In this document: positions 12,262 through 24,204 of the stretch, piece after piece | Layout: every line of letters begins with the position of its first letter | How positions within the stretch are numbered: position 1 is the first letter of the stretch | Assembly (NCBI GenBank): GCA_002269645.1 | Contig: NIVC01002662.1 | Span: 62,001 to 126,000, forward strand | Source of the DNA: Macrostomum lignano | Lineage: Eukaryota | Direction of reading: 5' to 3' | DNA: 64,000 nt | Made by a program: the position numbers and the translations under genes | Notes under the pieces: generated by a model | Told to the model about the DNA's origin: nothing | The model's database searches: none | The model's input: the letters and a program-made list of their open reading frames with translations, nothing else

Positions 12262-12754
12262 GCTGAAGAACGTGCCCAAGCCAAAGATGAAGGTTTGCGT
12301 CCTTGGCGACCAGCAGCACTGCGACGAGGCCACAGCCAACGGACTGGCCTGCATGGACATCGAGGCCCTGAAGAAGCTGAACAAGAACAAGAAGCTGGTG
12401 AAGAAGCTGGCCAAGCAATACGACGCCTTCCTGGCTTCGGACTCCATCATCAAGCAGATTCCCCGTGTGCTGGGCCCCGGCCTCAACAAGGCTGGCAAGT
12501 TCCCCACCATGGTGACTCACGGCGACTCTCTGGTTGCCAAGGTGGAGGAGGTCAAGGCCACCATCAAGTTCCAGATGAAGAAGGTGCTGTGCCTTGCCGT
12601 GGCCATCGGGCACGAGGAGATGACCTCCGGTGACCTCATCAACAACATCACCTTGTCAATCAACTTCTTGGTGTCGCTGCTGAAGAAGAACTGGCAGAAT
12701 GTTCGGGCTCTGTACATCAAGTCCACAATGGGCCCCAGCTTCCGGATCTACTGA
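12262..12754 (+). CDS. RPL10A: 60S ribosomal protein L10a (uL1), exon 2
   Basis: Acceptor TGCAG ending 12261; [23 protein letters not shown]...[24 protein letters not shown]; spliced CDS 651 nt = 216 aa, the canonical size. Confidence 0.98.
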
Positions 12755-12979
12755 TGAGGCTTCTCTAATCCTGTGCTTGTCGAGATGAAAAAGACCTTTG
12801 ACAGATTTGTGTCTCGATGATTCTTCGAAATGCGACTGAGGAAACGATTGTAGTTAGATGGCAAAAAATATAAAGCTGAAAGCAGCGATGAAGGGAGCGC
12901 GAAAATTTTGGATCAAAGAAAAATTATGAAAATTTAAATAATTATGCTATTTTTTCATTTTCTTTTTCTCTCCGTAAAT

Positions 12980-13125
12980 TGTGCAATCAAACACTTTCTA
13001 GACTAGATTTCACTAGATTTATAGACTAGATTTCACTAGATTACACTAGATATATAGACTAGATTTCACTAGAATTCTAGACTAGCTTTCACTAGTTTCT
13101 AGACTAGATTACACTAGATTCTATG
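12980..13125. repeat. Short degenerate tandem repeat
   Basis: Recurrent CTAGATTTCACTAGA / CTAGACTAGA. Confidence 0.8.
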
Positions 13126-13904
13126 TAGTAAGGATTCTGTCTTTCGACGATCTGACTAAATTTCAAGCTTAGATTTTTCCTACGCCCCTGAACTTTTTAC
13201 TTGTATTACTACTGACAAGTAATATTCGTATGCAATGCTATTATATTGCTAAAATATATATGGCTAAATTACATGTTCAAGAGTCTGCTGCACTTATACG
13301 AGTATTACATGTAGCCGGCAGGCCTGCGGTAAGCCGCAGTGCGCACTTGCTAGATGTAATTGAGGCCATAAATTATTTAGCAACGAGGAGAGCGACTTTT
13401 TAGCTGGATGTCCTTCTGTTCCCCCAGCTGGCTGACTGCCTAATACTAGTAGTCCCTTCCTGGTTGTTGTGATACAAACATGGCACTATATCCCCATATC
13501 AAAATGGCCTGTGCGGTCTTGGGCGGTTAAAGATATACAAGGGGGGAATGACCCAGTAAATTAGGTAGGCAGTTTGTCACTCCTAACTACTCGTAGTTGG
13601 TGCATGCAGCTTGGTATGTACAGGGAACTAATTGCATTAGGGGGGATCTGTGCATGGGGAAGCTGGTCAATTCGAATTTAGAAAGTAGCCAAGTATACGG
13701 TGTAGTATAGCGTTGGTCTTCGTGTGTTTCTCATTGGAGAGAAAGTGCGTCTGTTAAATTAGCATTTCATCTCATCTTATTTTCCTTATAGTGGACTGGC
13801 GTTGGTATGCAAATTTCTTTATTTCTAGCACAAGCTTCGATCCTGAGGCCCTGGTTAGGGGCGGAGTTTATTTTTGTCGTATGGGTCCTGCAGGCCGTTG
13901 TAGC

Positions 13905-14520
13905 GATTCTACACTCCGGGATAGATATGGGAGTAGCTGTTCTACACTTAGTATAGATACGAGTATGAGAGTAGCTAATCTACACTCTGGGATAGATATG
14001 GTAGTAGCTGTTCTACACTCTAGGATAGATATGAGAGTAGCTAATCTACACTCCGGGATAGATACGGTAGTAGCTGTTCTACACTCCATGATAGATATAG
14101 GAGTAAGCTATTATACACTCCAGGATAGTTATGGCAGTAGCTGTTCTACACTCCAAGATAGATATGGTAGTAGCTGTTCTACACTCCATGATAGATATGA
14201 GAGTAGCTAATCTACGCTCCAGGATAGATATAGGAGTAAGCTATTATACACTCCAGGATAGTTATGGCAGTAGCTGTTCTACACTCCAAGATAGATATGG
14301 TAGTAGCTGTTCTACACTCCAAGATAGATATGGTAGTAGCTGTTCTACACTCCATGATAGATATGAGAGTAGCTAATCTACGCTCCAGGATAGATATGAA
14401 AGTAGCTAATCTACACTCCAGGATAGAAATGGTAGTAGCTGTTCCACACCCCATGATAGACATGGTAGTAGCTGTTCCACACCCCATGATAGACATGGTA
14501 GTAGCTGTTCTACACCCCAG
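13905..14520. repeat. Minisatellite, 33-bp unit
   Basis: Tandem CTACACTCCAGGATAGATATGGTAGTAGCTGTT and variants. Confidence 0.95.
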
Positions 14521-15192
14521 AAAAGATCCGGTTTCAGTCATCAATAGCAGAAATTCAGAAAATGCTTCAGAATCCAGCTCTGCTCTGCTCTAGATATGTG
14601 CATTGAGGATCTAAAAAAGTACGTTGCGAAACTTTGCGGCCTTGCTTCATCATTCTGGCGGGCCTCAGTAAGCAGAGAATGCGAAAAGTCATCATCTGCC
14701 ACCATCTGCCAATCTTTCGAACTCTTCGATTTTTGCATTTCTCGCCTCTCCCAGACCGGTCTTAAAAAACTTTTTCTTGAGCTCTCGACTTCGCACGCTA
14801 TAAGCAGAAGGGATGCTATGGCTGCAATCCCTCGGCTTCTTCTCGAGCACTGCAGCTCAACCTGCTTGGCATCCGGTCTCTCCGCGTCCCAGAACTGATC
14901 GAATTCTGTCCTCGTCTCTCTCCTCCCTCTCTACAGAAAACGAATCTCCGGCCTCCGTTCAATTTTGCCGCCGTCCGCCGCACGGATGGCAGACTTGGCG
15001 GCTCGAACCCCGTCCCTTACCCTCCTTGAGTAGCGAGCCAATATATAATAAAGGGGGTAATCAGATATGAAGTTCCGATTGACCGAGAAAGTTTGACATC
15101 TCGACCTCGGGGTGAAGCGACTGATTGAGTGCCTGCTCATCCTTGTGTGACATGGACTATCTGGGAAATGCGGACTTGCTTTCCACTGGCTT

Positions 15193-15294
15193 TCTATCTA
15201 TATCTATCTTCTATCTATCTATCTATCTTCTATCTATCTATCTTCTGTCCATCTATCTATTATCTATCTATTTATCTATCTACTGTATCTATCT

Positions 15295-15361
<67 letters not shown>

Positions 15362-15389
15362 GTCTATCTATTTGTCTATCTATCTTTCG

Positions 15390-15440
<51 letters not shown>

Positions 15441-15463
15441 AATCCATCTATCTATCTATCTAC

Positions 15464-15513
<50 letters not shown>

Positions 15514-15518
15514 GTCTA
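15193..15518. repeat. (CTAT)n microsatellite
   Basis: Direct reading. Confidence 0.98.
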
Positions 15519-15934
15519 TCATCAGCAAAGCAGAAATTTCAGTTTCCCAAATGCGTCAGAAAGTCGGCAAAAAAGTTGTCGCCAGGCTGCAGATGCTGAG
15601 CAGGAACTCCGGTGGCTCCTCTGGGACGAATTCGCGTTGCCGTCCCCGGCGGCTTCGCCAAAAGAAAAATTTAATTTCTTTCTCTCCTCGATGCGGCAAA
15701 GTTTCTTCAGCCCCGCGCCCCGGTTAGCAGCTCCTCATCGGCATGCAAATCCCGCTTCTCGGGAACCATGATAAATATGAATGGCCATATATTTCTACCA
15801 GCGGGGCACCGACAGACTTAGCACACATGCCCCAGAAATATGATCTGAAAGCCGGCCAAAACTGCTTCCAGAAGCTGTTAAACGCGCTTTCAGATGTGTT
15901 TCTGGAGTGAACTTGCTCTGGACACCGCGAGGAT

Positions 15935-16062
15935 CAGTCAGTCAATCAGTCAGTCAGTTAGTCTAACTAACTAAGTAATCAAGTAACTGATTAACTCTAA
16001 CTAACTAACGAACTAACTAACCAACCAACTAACCAACTAACTAACTGACTAACTAACTAACT

Positions 16063-16108
<46 letters not shown>

Positions 16109-16149
16109 CAACTAACTAACTAACTGACGGACTAAGCAACTAACGAACC

Positions 16150-16185
<36 letters not shown>

Positions 16186-16212
16186 GACTGACTGACTGAC
16201 TGACTAACTAAA

Positions 16213-16250
<38 letters not shown>

Positions 16251-16282
16251 GCTAGCTCACTAACTACCTAAGTGACTGACTA
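15935..16282. repeat. (CTAA)n/(CTGA)n microsatellite
   Basis: Direct reading. Confidence 0.97.
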
Positions 16283-16668
16283 AAAACTCTTAAAATAAAT
16301 TCTAAAATAACTGGAAATTAAAACAATATAATGGTGAGTGCAGCGATAGATTAATTTGTAGCTAATTAGTATTCCGTAACGGTTCCGTGCCACATACCAC
16401 AGCGCGTGGCTCCGAACCCAATGGAATAAAAAGAAATCAATTCTTATTAATTCCTAATTTATTCGGCTGGTTCTGGCATTGCGTGACATTCACATGGCTC
16501 CTGGAGCTCAGGCAGACACGGCCGGAATGCAATCGCGGGCTCAAGTATTTGTATGACGGTGCTGTCGAAAAGAAGTTAATTATAAAAAAATATATATCCG
16601 CGAGCATATGGTGATTAAAATCTGAAATTAATTCGTGAAAATATATGTTCATTTATTTGGGGCTTTCG

Positions 16669-16795
16669 TGCAATTCACAGCAATGAGGGCCTGAAACCTC
16701 CAAGGCACAGACAGTGCACATGCCTTGACGATTAGATAGTCAGGGCCACTGTACACCGTGTGTGAGCGTGTGCATGAATGCGTGCCTGTTGGCAG
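16669..16795 (+). mobile_element. Diverged internal fragment of the SINE family
   Basis: GTGCAATT..CCAAGGC.CAG..GT.CACATGCCT..AGGGCC.CTGTACAC..GTGTGAG matches the middle of 7949-8310. Confidence 0.6.
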
Positions 16796-18570
16796 TAATT
16801 TTTACTGGATGCCTATTTTGTTAAACTGTGATAAGTATAAACTATTTCACCTATTTAGTCTATTGCCGAAAAAACACTATTTAGTAACTGAAAAAGTAAA
16901 TACCTAAATTTGTGAGAGAAAAAACGACCGAATCAGTTTTTTGGATCGAACTTGTCTATGGCAAGACCTCATTCAACGTTATACGCGTTAATTTTCTACG
17001 CTTGCAGCGTCGCTTTGATCGAGTAGATGATAAATGCACACCAGGTAATTACTATGTTAATATCATGAAGTTTTCCTAGTAAGACATATTTAAGACGGTT
17101 TTATATACGTGCTTGTAACTAAATTCAATGGCAACAGTCTTAACTGCGTCAACAATATTCTTTCTGCACAAATTTAAAACAGTTTTTGATGTATTGTAAA
17201 ATCAGATTGCTAAAAACGCTGCTTGCATTTAAATAAAGCATAAATCTACAAAAAATTCAATTTTAGTGGGTAATGAGATGATGAATAAAACAGTCATAAC
17301 ATTTTGTGTAATAAATGGATGTAGAGCGCGCCATTATTTTTATATTCAGCCAATAGATCGAACTTCCCATTCAATTTAAAAAAGAACGTTAAGTATGATT
17401 TTAAACAGTCCCGATTCAAACAAAAGACGGTCGCATACGTACGCTCGTAATGTTCGGGCATTTTCTGCAAAGTTATTTATTAATTATTATTTCCTAATAA
17501 TTAATTAATTAGTACACACATTAACAATGCTACAGATTATTTTCATTCATATTACTTTTACATTTGTCCGAACTTTAATTAGGTTTTTAAGCATAAAATA
17601 AATATTGAGTAACTTTAATAAATGAACTGATGTTATTTAAATGCGATTCGTTTTACCTCTTTTTACGCGCTGATTTAAACAATAGTTAAAAAGCTATACT
17701 AGTTTGCTGCATCGGAGGAAATTCGCAGCGCTGCTGATAGCAATAGCATGCAATCGTACGATATTTCAAATAGCAGAAAATGATTTTCGCAATAGTTTTA
17801 AATGTGCTAAACGTTTGAATTTATACAGGGGCGGCTGTAACGAAAGTGTTAGAGGAAAATTATCAATATATAATATATTACACGTTGCGCAAGAGAAAAG
17901 TGAGCAAAAAGGTGACTCATCCTTGCTAAAGAATAATATATTGGTTTAATGCTTCAGATAAACAGCTACTATATTCAGGTAAATTGCAGAAAAAATCATT
18001 GACAATTTAATGAAACAGGGAACAGAATAGGGAGCGCGCCAACGGGTTTGGTTCACAGGGATTAAGGAAATCCACTACTTTAGGATTACAATATTAAACG
18101 CCCAATTCTTAGCTATCTTGTGCTAACGGACTAAGTCTCGTCTATTAAGCTGCATTTATTCTCATCCCCAATGTACATTCAACACCGTAAATCACCATGC
18201 AGCCCTTTATTTTCCTCGTGCTTGTTTTAAATATTGTTGTCTATGGCTTTCTAGCCTATTAAGTTTCCTTGCCTTTTCCTCTCTGCCTCCCCCCCCCCGA
18301 TGTACATTCAATGCCGTAAAACACCAGCCTTGTATGTCTATGATCTTGTATTCCGATGTACATTCGACAACGTAGGTTTATAACGTAGTCTTCATTGTGT
18401 CACCTATCAGTCTATGGTTGGAATTATTAAACTAAAATGTACATCTATTTGAATTCACACCACAGAATCTACACAAGACTACCTAGTAGTGCTCCCTCCA
18501 GGCATAGTCTAAACGGCTGGGGCCGTAGAATACTCCATGCGGATACTGTTGCTGCAGAGCCAGGCACTCG

Positions 18571-19563
18571 CTACACTGTGCTGACGAGTTCCATATCCTC
18601 TTCATCCTGCAGGCAGCCGGATGATAAGGGATCAAATTGGCAGTAGCAGTGGCAGCAGACAGGTTGGTGAAAGGATGCAGAGGCAGCTGCTGCTGCGGCT
18701 GCTGCGACTGCTGCTGGAGTCTGGGCTCCCAGAGCGCAGTTTCTTGGTAGGCTGTGATGGTGGTGTAGCACAACAGGGGAAAGTGTTAACGACTGCGTGC
18801 TCTGCATTGGGCTGCGCAGCGCAAAGGTACTTGTGGTAGTTGCTGCCAACAAGTGGCCGCAGTTACCTGTTGCTCCAATCGGCTGTTGGGGCGGTTGCGG
18901 ATATCCGATCCTGCTGCTCTGTAGGCAGCCGATTGCTGGCGCGTGCAGGTGGGCGTTGGTTACCAGTCCCCGAGGCTCCATGAGTCCCAAACTGCCTGTC
19001 AGTTGCTGGGAACCAAGGTTTTTGAGTCCAAGGCGGGGATGTTGTTGCTGTTGCTGCTGCGGTTGCGGATGCTGAGGCTGCTGGGGCTGCTGGGGCTGAT
19101 ACAACGCACTCAGCTCTTCGCTCCCCGCCGAATCGCTTGGAGAGCTCACGATTGCCGCTGCCGTTAGGGTCTGGTTGCGCTTCTGCTGCTGCTGCTGTTG
19201 TTGTTTCTGGTGCTGCTGCAACAGCGGCTCATCGTTTGAAGAAGACGCGGCCGCCGCCAGAGCGCCCTGATTCTCCCGGATCATGCCGTTGATTGGCAGA
19301 CGGACTGAGGAAGTGGAGGCGGCAGTCACTGCTGCCTGCCTGCACTCTGACGGAGCCGCGCCTCCCGCAGCGCTGCCATCGCCCGCGCCGCCGCTCTGCC
19401 GATGGGCGCTCTCGCTGCTGTCCGCTGCCGAGGCGGCGTCGGCGGCTGCCGCGGCCTGCAGCTGCTGCTCCTCCTGTTCGCCGAACCAGACGGATTTGAA
19501 GAATCGCTCGCCGCAGATGATCGACAGCACGAGCGTGGTGAGGGACACCATCCAGGAGGCGAT
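18571..19563 (-). CDS. TMEM179: TMEM179-like membrane protein, exon 4 (TM4 plus Q/A/P-rich tail)
   Basis: Acceptor CCCACCCAG|ATC; junction TIAQ|IASWMVSLTTLVLSII parallels TMEM179 AIAQFGLWASW; open to TAG at 18571. Confidence 0.75.
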   Translation of the reverse strand: MASWMVSLTTLVLSIICGERFFKSVWFGEQEEQQLQAAAAADAASAADSSESAHRQSGGAGDGSAAGGAAPSECRQAAVTAASTSSVRLPINGMIRENQGALAAAASSSNDEPLLQQHQKQQQQQQQKRNQTLTAAAIVSSPSDSAGSEELSALYQPQQPQQPQHPQPQQQQQQHPRLGLKNLGSQQLTGSLGLMEPRGLVTNAHLHAPAIGCLQSSRIGYPQPPQQPIGATGNCGHLLAATTTSTFALRSPMQSTQSLTLSPVVLHHHHSLPRNCALGAQTPAAVAAAAAAAASASFHQPVCCHCYCQFDPLSSGCLQDEEDMELVSTV

Positions 19564-19607
19564 CTGGGTGGGTTCGGTCAGGCAAATTTTAATCTTCTTA
19601 TTAGAAA

Positions 19608-19772
19608 TGTAAGATGGTTTGCTTAGTTGATTGCGTGTGCGCACGTTCACTAGCTCTTATGTACATTTGCTCGCTGTACAATGATAATATATAAGTGAAT
19701 GCCTTGGCGCCCTGGGCAGCCAAGAGTCGGTCTACGCCTTAAGCCAATTTCTCGTTTTCGCTTGTTCTTACA
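19608..19772 (+). repeat. 5' LTR (165 bp)
   Basis: TG...CA ends with 7-bp terminal inverted repeat TGTAAGA/TCTTACA; TATA-like ATATATAAG; followed by PBS-like sequence. Confidence 0.85.
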
Positions 19773-19826
19773 TTGATGGCAGCGGCAGCTATGACTGAAA
19801 ATTAAGGCAGTGCAGAGAGCCCTACA

Positions 19827-20633
19827 GTGGCGGTGACTCAGCCCCAAGCTAGTTTTGTCAACATGTTTTTGCGGCCGCCTCAATACCAGCATGGACAAGA
19901 CTTTGAACTTTGGCTGGCACGATTCAACAATTTCGCATCATCTCTTCCTGTGGATCAGCGCAAGAATGCTCCGCTGTCATTCTTCGACGACAAATCATAT
20001 CAAGCGGCCAGCAATTTGGATGCTGCCCTGTCCTACGACGACTTTGAGAAGGCTCTGAAAAATCGATTTCGGCCATCAACATCCTCTGCTGAGCTGCAGG
20101 CGCAGTTCTTCAATCTGACTCAAAAGGACGGTCAGTCGGTTGCAGACTATTCCGATGCCCTGATCGTTGCGGCAAAGCGTGCGTTCCCGAGTCTGATGGA
20201 GACGAAAGCAGGTGCCGAGCAGGAGACATCGGTGACAGCGAAGGACGAGCTTCTCAAAGGTCGGTTTCTATCCGGATTGAGGGACCCAGCTGTGCGAATG
20301 CAGACGCAGATGCAGCCAAAGGCGACATTCGCTGATACAGTTGAAACAGCGCGATTCGTGGAATCGATACAGTCGCGAGGAGGCACTGCTACGGCTCTAG
20401 CTGCTGAGGTTCCCGAAGCCTTTGCAGTCGGAATTCAACGGTCCCTGAAGGAGCTGTCCGACAAGCTCAGCCGCTGGGAGTCAAAGGACCAGGATCATCG
20501 TCAGAGCGGCGACAGACGCAGAGTTGTGACATGCTGGAAGTGCGGTAGGCCGGGCCATGTTCAAAAATTTTGCACTCAGAAGTCGGGAAACTTCGATGGA
20601 GCGGCGACCGCCGGGGTGCCGTTCCGCAAGTGA
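19827..20633 (+). CDS. Retrotransposon Gag (Ty3/Gypsy type)
   Basis: QDFELWLARFNNF, AELQAQFFNLTQKDGQSVADYSDAL and CWKCGRPGHVQKFC knuckle; upstream in-frame ATG 19791 is blocked by TAA at 19803, first usable ATG 19863. Confidence 0.85.
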   Translation: MAVTQPQASFVNMFLRPPQYQHGQDFELWLARFNNFASSLPVDQRKNAPLSFFDDKSYQAASNLDAALSYDDFEKALKNRFRPSTSSAELQAQFFNLTQKDGQSVADYSDALIVAAKRAFPSLMETKAGAEQETSVTAKDELLKGRFLSGLRDPAVRMQTQMQPKATFADTVETARFVESIQSRGGTATALAAEVPEAFAVGIQRSLKELSDKLSRWESKDQDHRQSGDRRRVVTCWKCGRPGHVQKFCTQKSGNFDGAATAGVPFRK

Positions 20634-21235
20634 GAATCCCGGCGCAACCAATCGTAGAGGTGTCCTGCTCAGCCATCACTGGTGCCAACATGCTGGTAAA
20701 CTGTCGCATCCTGCCAACGTGTATCCCTGCCAGCTGTCTAGTTGACACTGGGTGTTCCCAGTCTTTGATGTCAAGTTCCCTGTTTCGCAAGCTGAATGAG
20801 AGGCTCCTGCCTTTGACGACTCCGGTGCAGTTGAAGCTAGCAGACGGTAACTATTTGGCTGCCTGTGGTTGGCAGGAAGTGCAGCTAAGTTTCGGTGTGG
20901 CAACGGTTCGACAAAGAGTTTTAGTTGTCGACAATCTGGCCAAGGATTTTTTGCTGGGTGCAGATTTCCTGGCAAACTGTGGCTGCGTCATCGACTGCAA
21001 TCGCCAAACGCTCACTGTGTGCGGTCAGCAAGTAAAAATGGAGTCATCGGCAGCAAGTAGCTGTGTATTCGCCATTGAGGTAGCAGACAGGACAACCGTG
21101 CCCGCTGGTCACGAAATCGTCTTCCCAACGAGAAACTGGCTTAAGGCTCGTAGACCGACTCTTGGCTGCCCAGGGCGCCAAGGCATTCACTTATATATTA
21201 TCATTGTACATCGAGCAAATGTACATAAGAGCTAG
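20570..21235 (+). CDS. Retropepsin-like protease in -1 frame; truncated pol reading into the inverted LTR
   Basis: CLVDTGCSQSLMS, LKLADG and FLLGADFL motifs; no RT, RNase H or integrase. Confidence 0.85.
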   Translation: MHSEVGKLRWSGDRRGAVPQVRIPAQPIVEVSCSAITGANMLVNCRILPTCIPASCLVDTGCSQSLMSSSLFRKLNERLLPLTTPVQLKLADGNYLAACGWQEVQLSFGVATVRQRVLVVDNLAKDFLLGADFLANCGCVIDCNRQTLTVCGQQVKMESSAASSCVFAIEVADRTTVPAGHEIVFPTRNWLKARRPTLGCPGRQGIHLYIIIVHRANVHKS

Positions 21236-21277
21236 TGAACGTGCGCACACGCAATCAACTAAGCAAACCATCTTACA
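21127..21277 (-). repeat. Inverted, 3'-truncated LTR copy
   Basis: Reverse complement of 19608-19756, differing by 2 substitutions and one 2-nt indel by eye. Confidence 0.92.
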
Positions 21278-21397
21278 ATGCTCTCCTTCTTTCAAAAAAA
21301 GTGTTCCACTCACTTTCTGCAGTAATATCTCGGCTCAACCTTCTGTAACTAGCCTCAATGGTTGGAAAGAAGTGCATTATAGTAACTGAATTCTCAC

Positions 21398-21506
21398 CTG
21401 AGCGATGGTAATTAAGCCGAAGAATCGCGGCCCAGTAAAGTACTCAATGCTCTTGTCGTCGAATTTCCACGGAAAAGTTTGGATTAACGGGCAGGTCAGC
21501 ACCAGT
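21398..21506 (-). CDS. TMEM179: TMEM179-like, exon 3
   Basis: Acceptor CCCCAG|A, donor CAG|GTGAGA; encodes [36 protein letters not shown]; phases 2 to 0 fit the neighbouring exons. Confidence 0.72.
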
Positions 21507-21554
21507 CTGGGGATCGGGTTGTTGGAATGGAAAATTCTGTGACTCTGTGCAGCA

Positions 21555-21968
<414 letters not shown>

Positions 21969-22435
21969 GGAACACGATCTGCAGTTCTTAGCCATTAACA
22001 GTGCATAGTGAAATATTCCTCTCTAGGCTAGATGATGTAGACTGACTTTGAGAAGACCGACGCGAGAAAGAGAGGAAGAAGGGGATCCCATTTCGCAGAT
22101 TTCTCCCGCTCTCCAGACTCTGAGAACTGCCGGCCCAGGCAGGCTGAGAGGAATCGCCTCCAGGCCGTTCCCCTGCTCGCTCCCCAAGCCAGTTGCCCCC
22201 AGTCTCTGAGCACAGGGCGCTCTCCCCATCTCTCCCCCGTCTCCCACGCTCCATCTCGCTCACTCGCACTTTGCCAGCAGCAACGAGGCCCAAGAAATGA
22301 AGTTTTTCCACTCTAAAAATCTTTTTCTTCCCTGCGTCTCTCAGAGCCGCGGTGGTGACTTCCCCGTCTGCTAGCGGCAGGCAGGGACTTTACTTTTAGG
22401 ATTTTGACTCTGACTGAGAAGACTCTAACTTGACT

Positions 22436-23310
22436 CTAACGGAGACTGGTCTTGATGCTGTGAACAGTGAGATCTATGTGAATATCTGCAATCTGGAGAC
22501 ACAGCTTGATGCTGTGAACAATGAGATCTATATGTGAATATCTGCAATCTGGAGACACATCTTGATGCTGTGAACAATGAGATCTATATGTGAATATCTG
22601 CAATCTGGAGACACATCTTGATGCTGTGAACAATGAGATCTATGTGAATATCGGCAATCTGGAGACACAGCTTGATGCTGTGAACAATGAGATCTATATG
22701 TGAATATCTGCAATCTGGAGACACAGCTTGATGCTGTGAACAGTGAGATCTGTGTGAATATCTGCAATCTGGAGACACATCTTGATGCTGTGAACAATGA
22801 GATCTATGTGAATATCTGCAATCTGGAGACACATCTTGATGCTATGAACAGTGAGATCTATGTGAATATCTGCAATCTGGAGACACATCTTGATGCTGTG
22901 AACAGTGAGATCTATGTGAATATCTGCAATCTGGAGACACATCTTGATGCTGTGAACAGTGAGATCTATGTGAATATCTGCAATCTGGAGACAGGTCTTG
23001 ATGCTGTGAACAGTGAGATCTATGCGAATATCTGCAATCTGGAGACAGGTCTTGATGCTGTGAACAATGAGATCTATGTGAATATCTGCAATCTGGAGAC
23101 ACATCTTGATGCTATGAACAGTGAGATCTATGTGAATATCTGCGATCTGGAGACAGGTCTTGATGCTGTGAACAATGAGATCTATGTGAATATATGCAAT
23201 CTGGAGACACAGCTTGATGCTGTGAACAATGAGATCTATATGTGAATATCTGCAATCTGGAGACACATCTTGATGCTGTGAACAGTGAGAACTGTGTGAA
23301 TATCTTCAAT
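22436..23310. repeat. Minisatellite, 54/56-bp unit
   Basis: Tandem CTGGAGACACATCTTGATGCTGTGAACAATGAGATCTATGTGAATATCTGCAAT. Confidence 0.96.
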
Positions 23311-24204
23311 CTACAGGCTACATATGATGCTGCGAAGAGCTTGACTGCTTCCAGAGCTTCAATGCCAAAGTCCAGTTATCTATACTAGCAGTTCGCCTGG
23401 CTTCCAAAACTCTTTCTCAGACCGAATTTAGCAACGGAACACGCAAAGTCTGTGCTGATACCAGCAGCAGCAGCAGGTCGTTTTAATAAATAACTAAACA
23501 CGACTAGGGTAGGAATTGGAACAGCCTACAGAGATACGCAAGCGCTCTCTCTTAGTCTCCCAAATCCCCACTATTTCTCAGACTGATTATTTGCCCAGGC
23601 AGCCTTTTATCTTCCCAGGGCTCTCTTGGCTTGATTGCTATTAGCAGACAAGGCCGGCTTTGCTTTCAGCCTGCCTGTTCGCCAGAAAACTCTCTCGAAG
23701 GAATGGCGAATGGGCTTGGCTTGAGCTGGTCTCTCTGATCCTCCACCAAAAAAGAGTTTAGCAGATGCTTTTTTGTAGAGGCCAATAATTGCTTTGCGCT
23801 CCGTCTTGTATTGGAATTCTTGATCCTCTTCTCTGCGATGCTCCGAGTGGAATTTCTTCCTATTGATCTTGTGGGCCCAGTTGATGTTCGGGGAGAGAGA
23901 GGAGAGAGAGACTACCGGAGCACTGCATGCTCAGTGAGCAACAGCGGCTGAGGATGTGTAGCAAAACTTGAACCAAAGAGCTTCCTAGTGAACTAATCAA
24001 TCAATGAACTGGCGTGTGTGAGCTTGATTTCTTCTATGAAAATTAGGATTTCTTATTTGCAATAATATTTATAATCTTTATTTTCAGTATTAATAAGAAA
24101 ATTGCTTGAATTTTATCACAGCCTAAGCTTTTCAAATTTTTAAACGAATTTAACTATAAATTACGATACGATTCTAGCGTCCAACTAAATTTTATGACCT
24201 AAGA

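Larger units (their letters stand above)
19608..21277 (+). mobile_element. Ty3/Gypsy gag-protease derivative bounded by inverted LTR copies, in TMEM179 intron 3
   Basis: LTR 19608-19772 (TGTAAGA...TCTTACA); PBS-like TGGCAGCGG 19777-19785; gag with CCHC knuckle; aspartic protease; reverse-complement copy of LTR nt 1-149 at 21127-21277; no TSD (GAAA vs ATGC). Confidence 0.9.

Noticed and set aside
13791-16282. ORFs over the 33-bp, CTAT and CTAA arrays (and the TCTG/CAGA arrays at 21527-22008 and 47512-48227)
   Set aside because: Simple-repeat artefacts
19608-21277. Classification as a DIRS or Ginger-type element
   Set aside because: No tyrosine recombinase, RT or integrase; it has a protease, PBS and a complete LTR typical of Gypsy
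21314-21342. Possible 29-nt TMEM179 micro-exon (TTACAG|...|GTGAGT)
   Set aside because: Phase is incompatible; exon 3 joins exon 4 in frame without it
22436-23310. Coiled-coil-looking ORF (LETHLDAVNSEIYVNICN)n
   Set aside because: 54- and 56-bp units are mixed and break the frame; lies in a TMEM179 intron with no splice signals found
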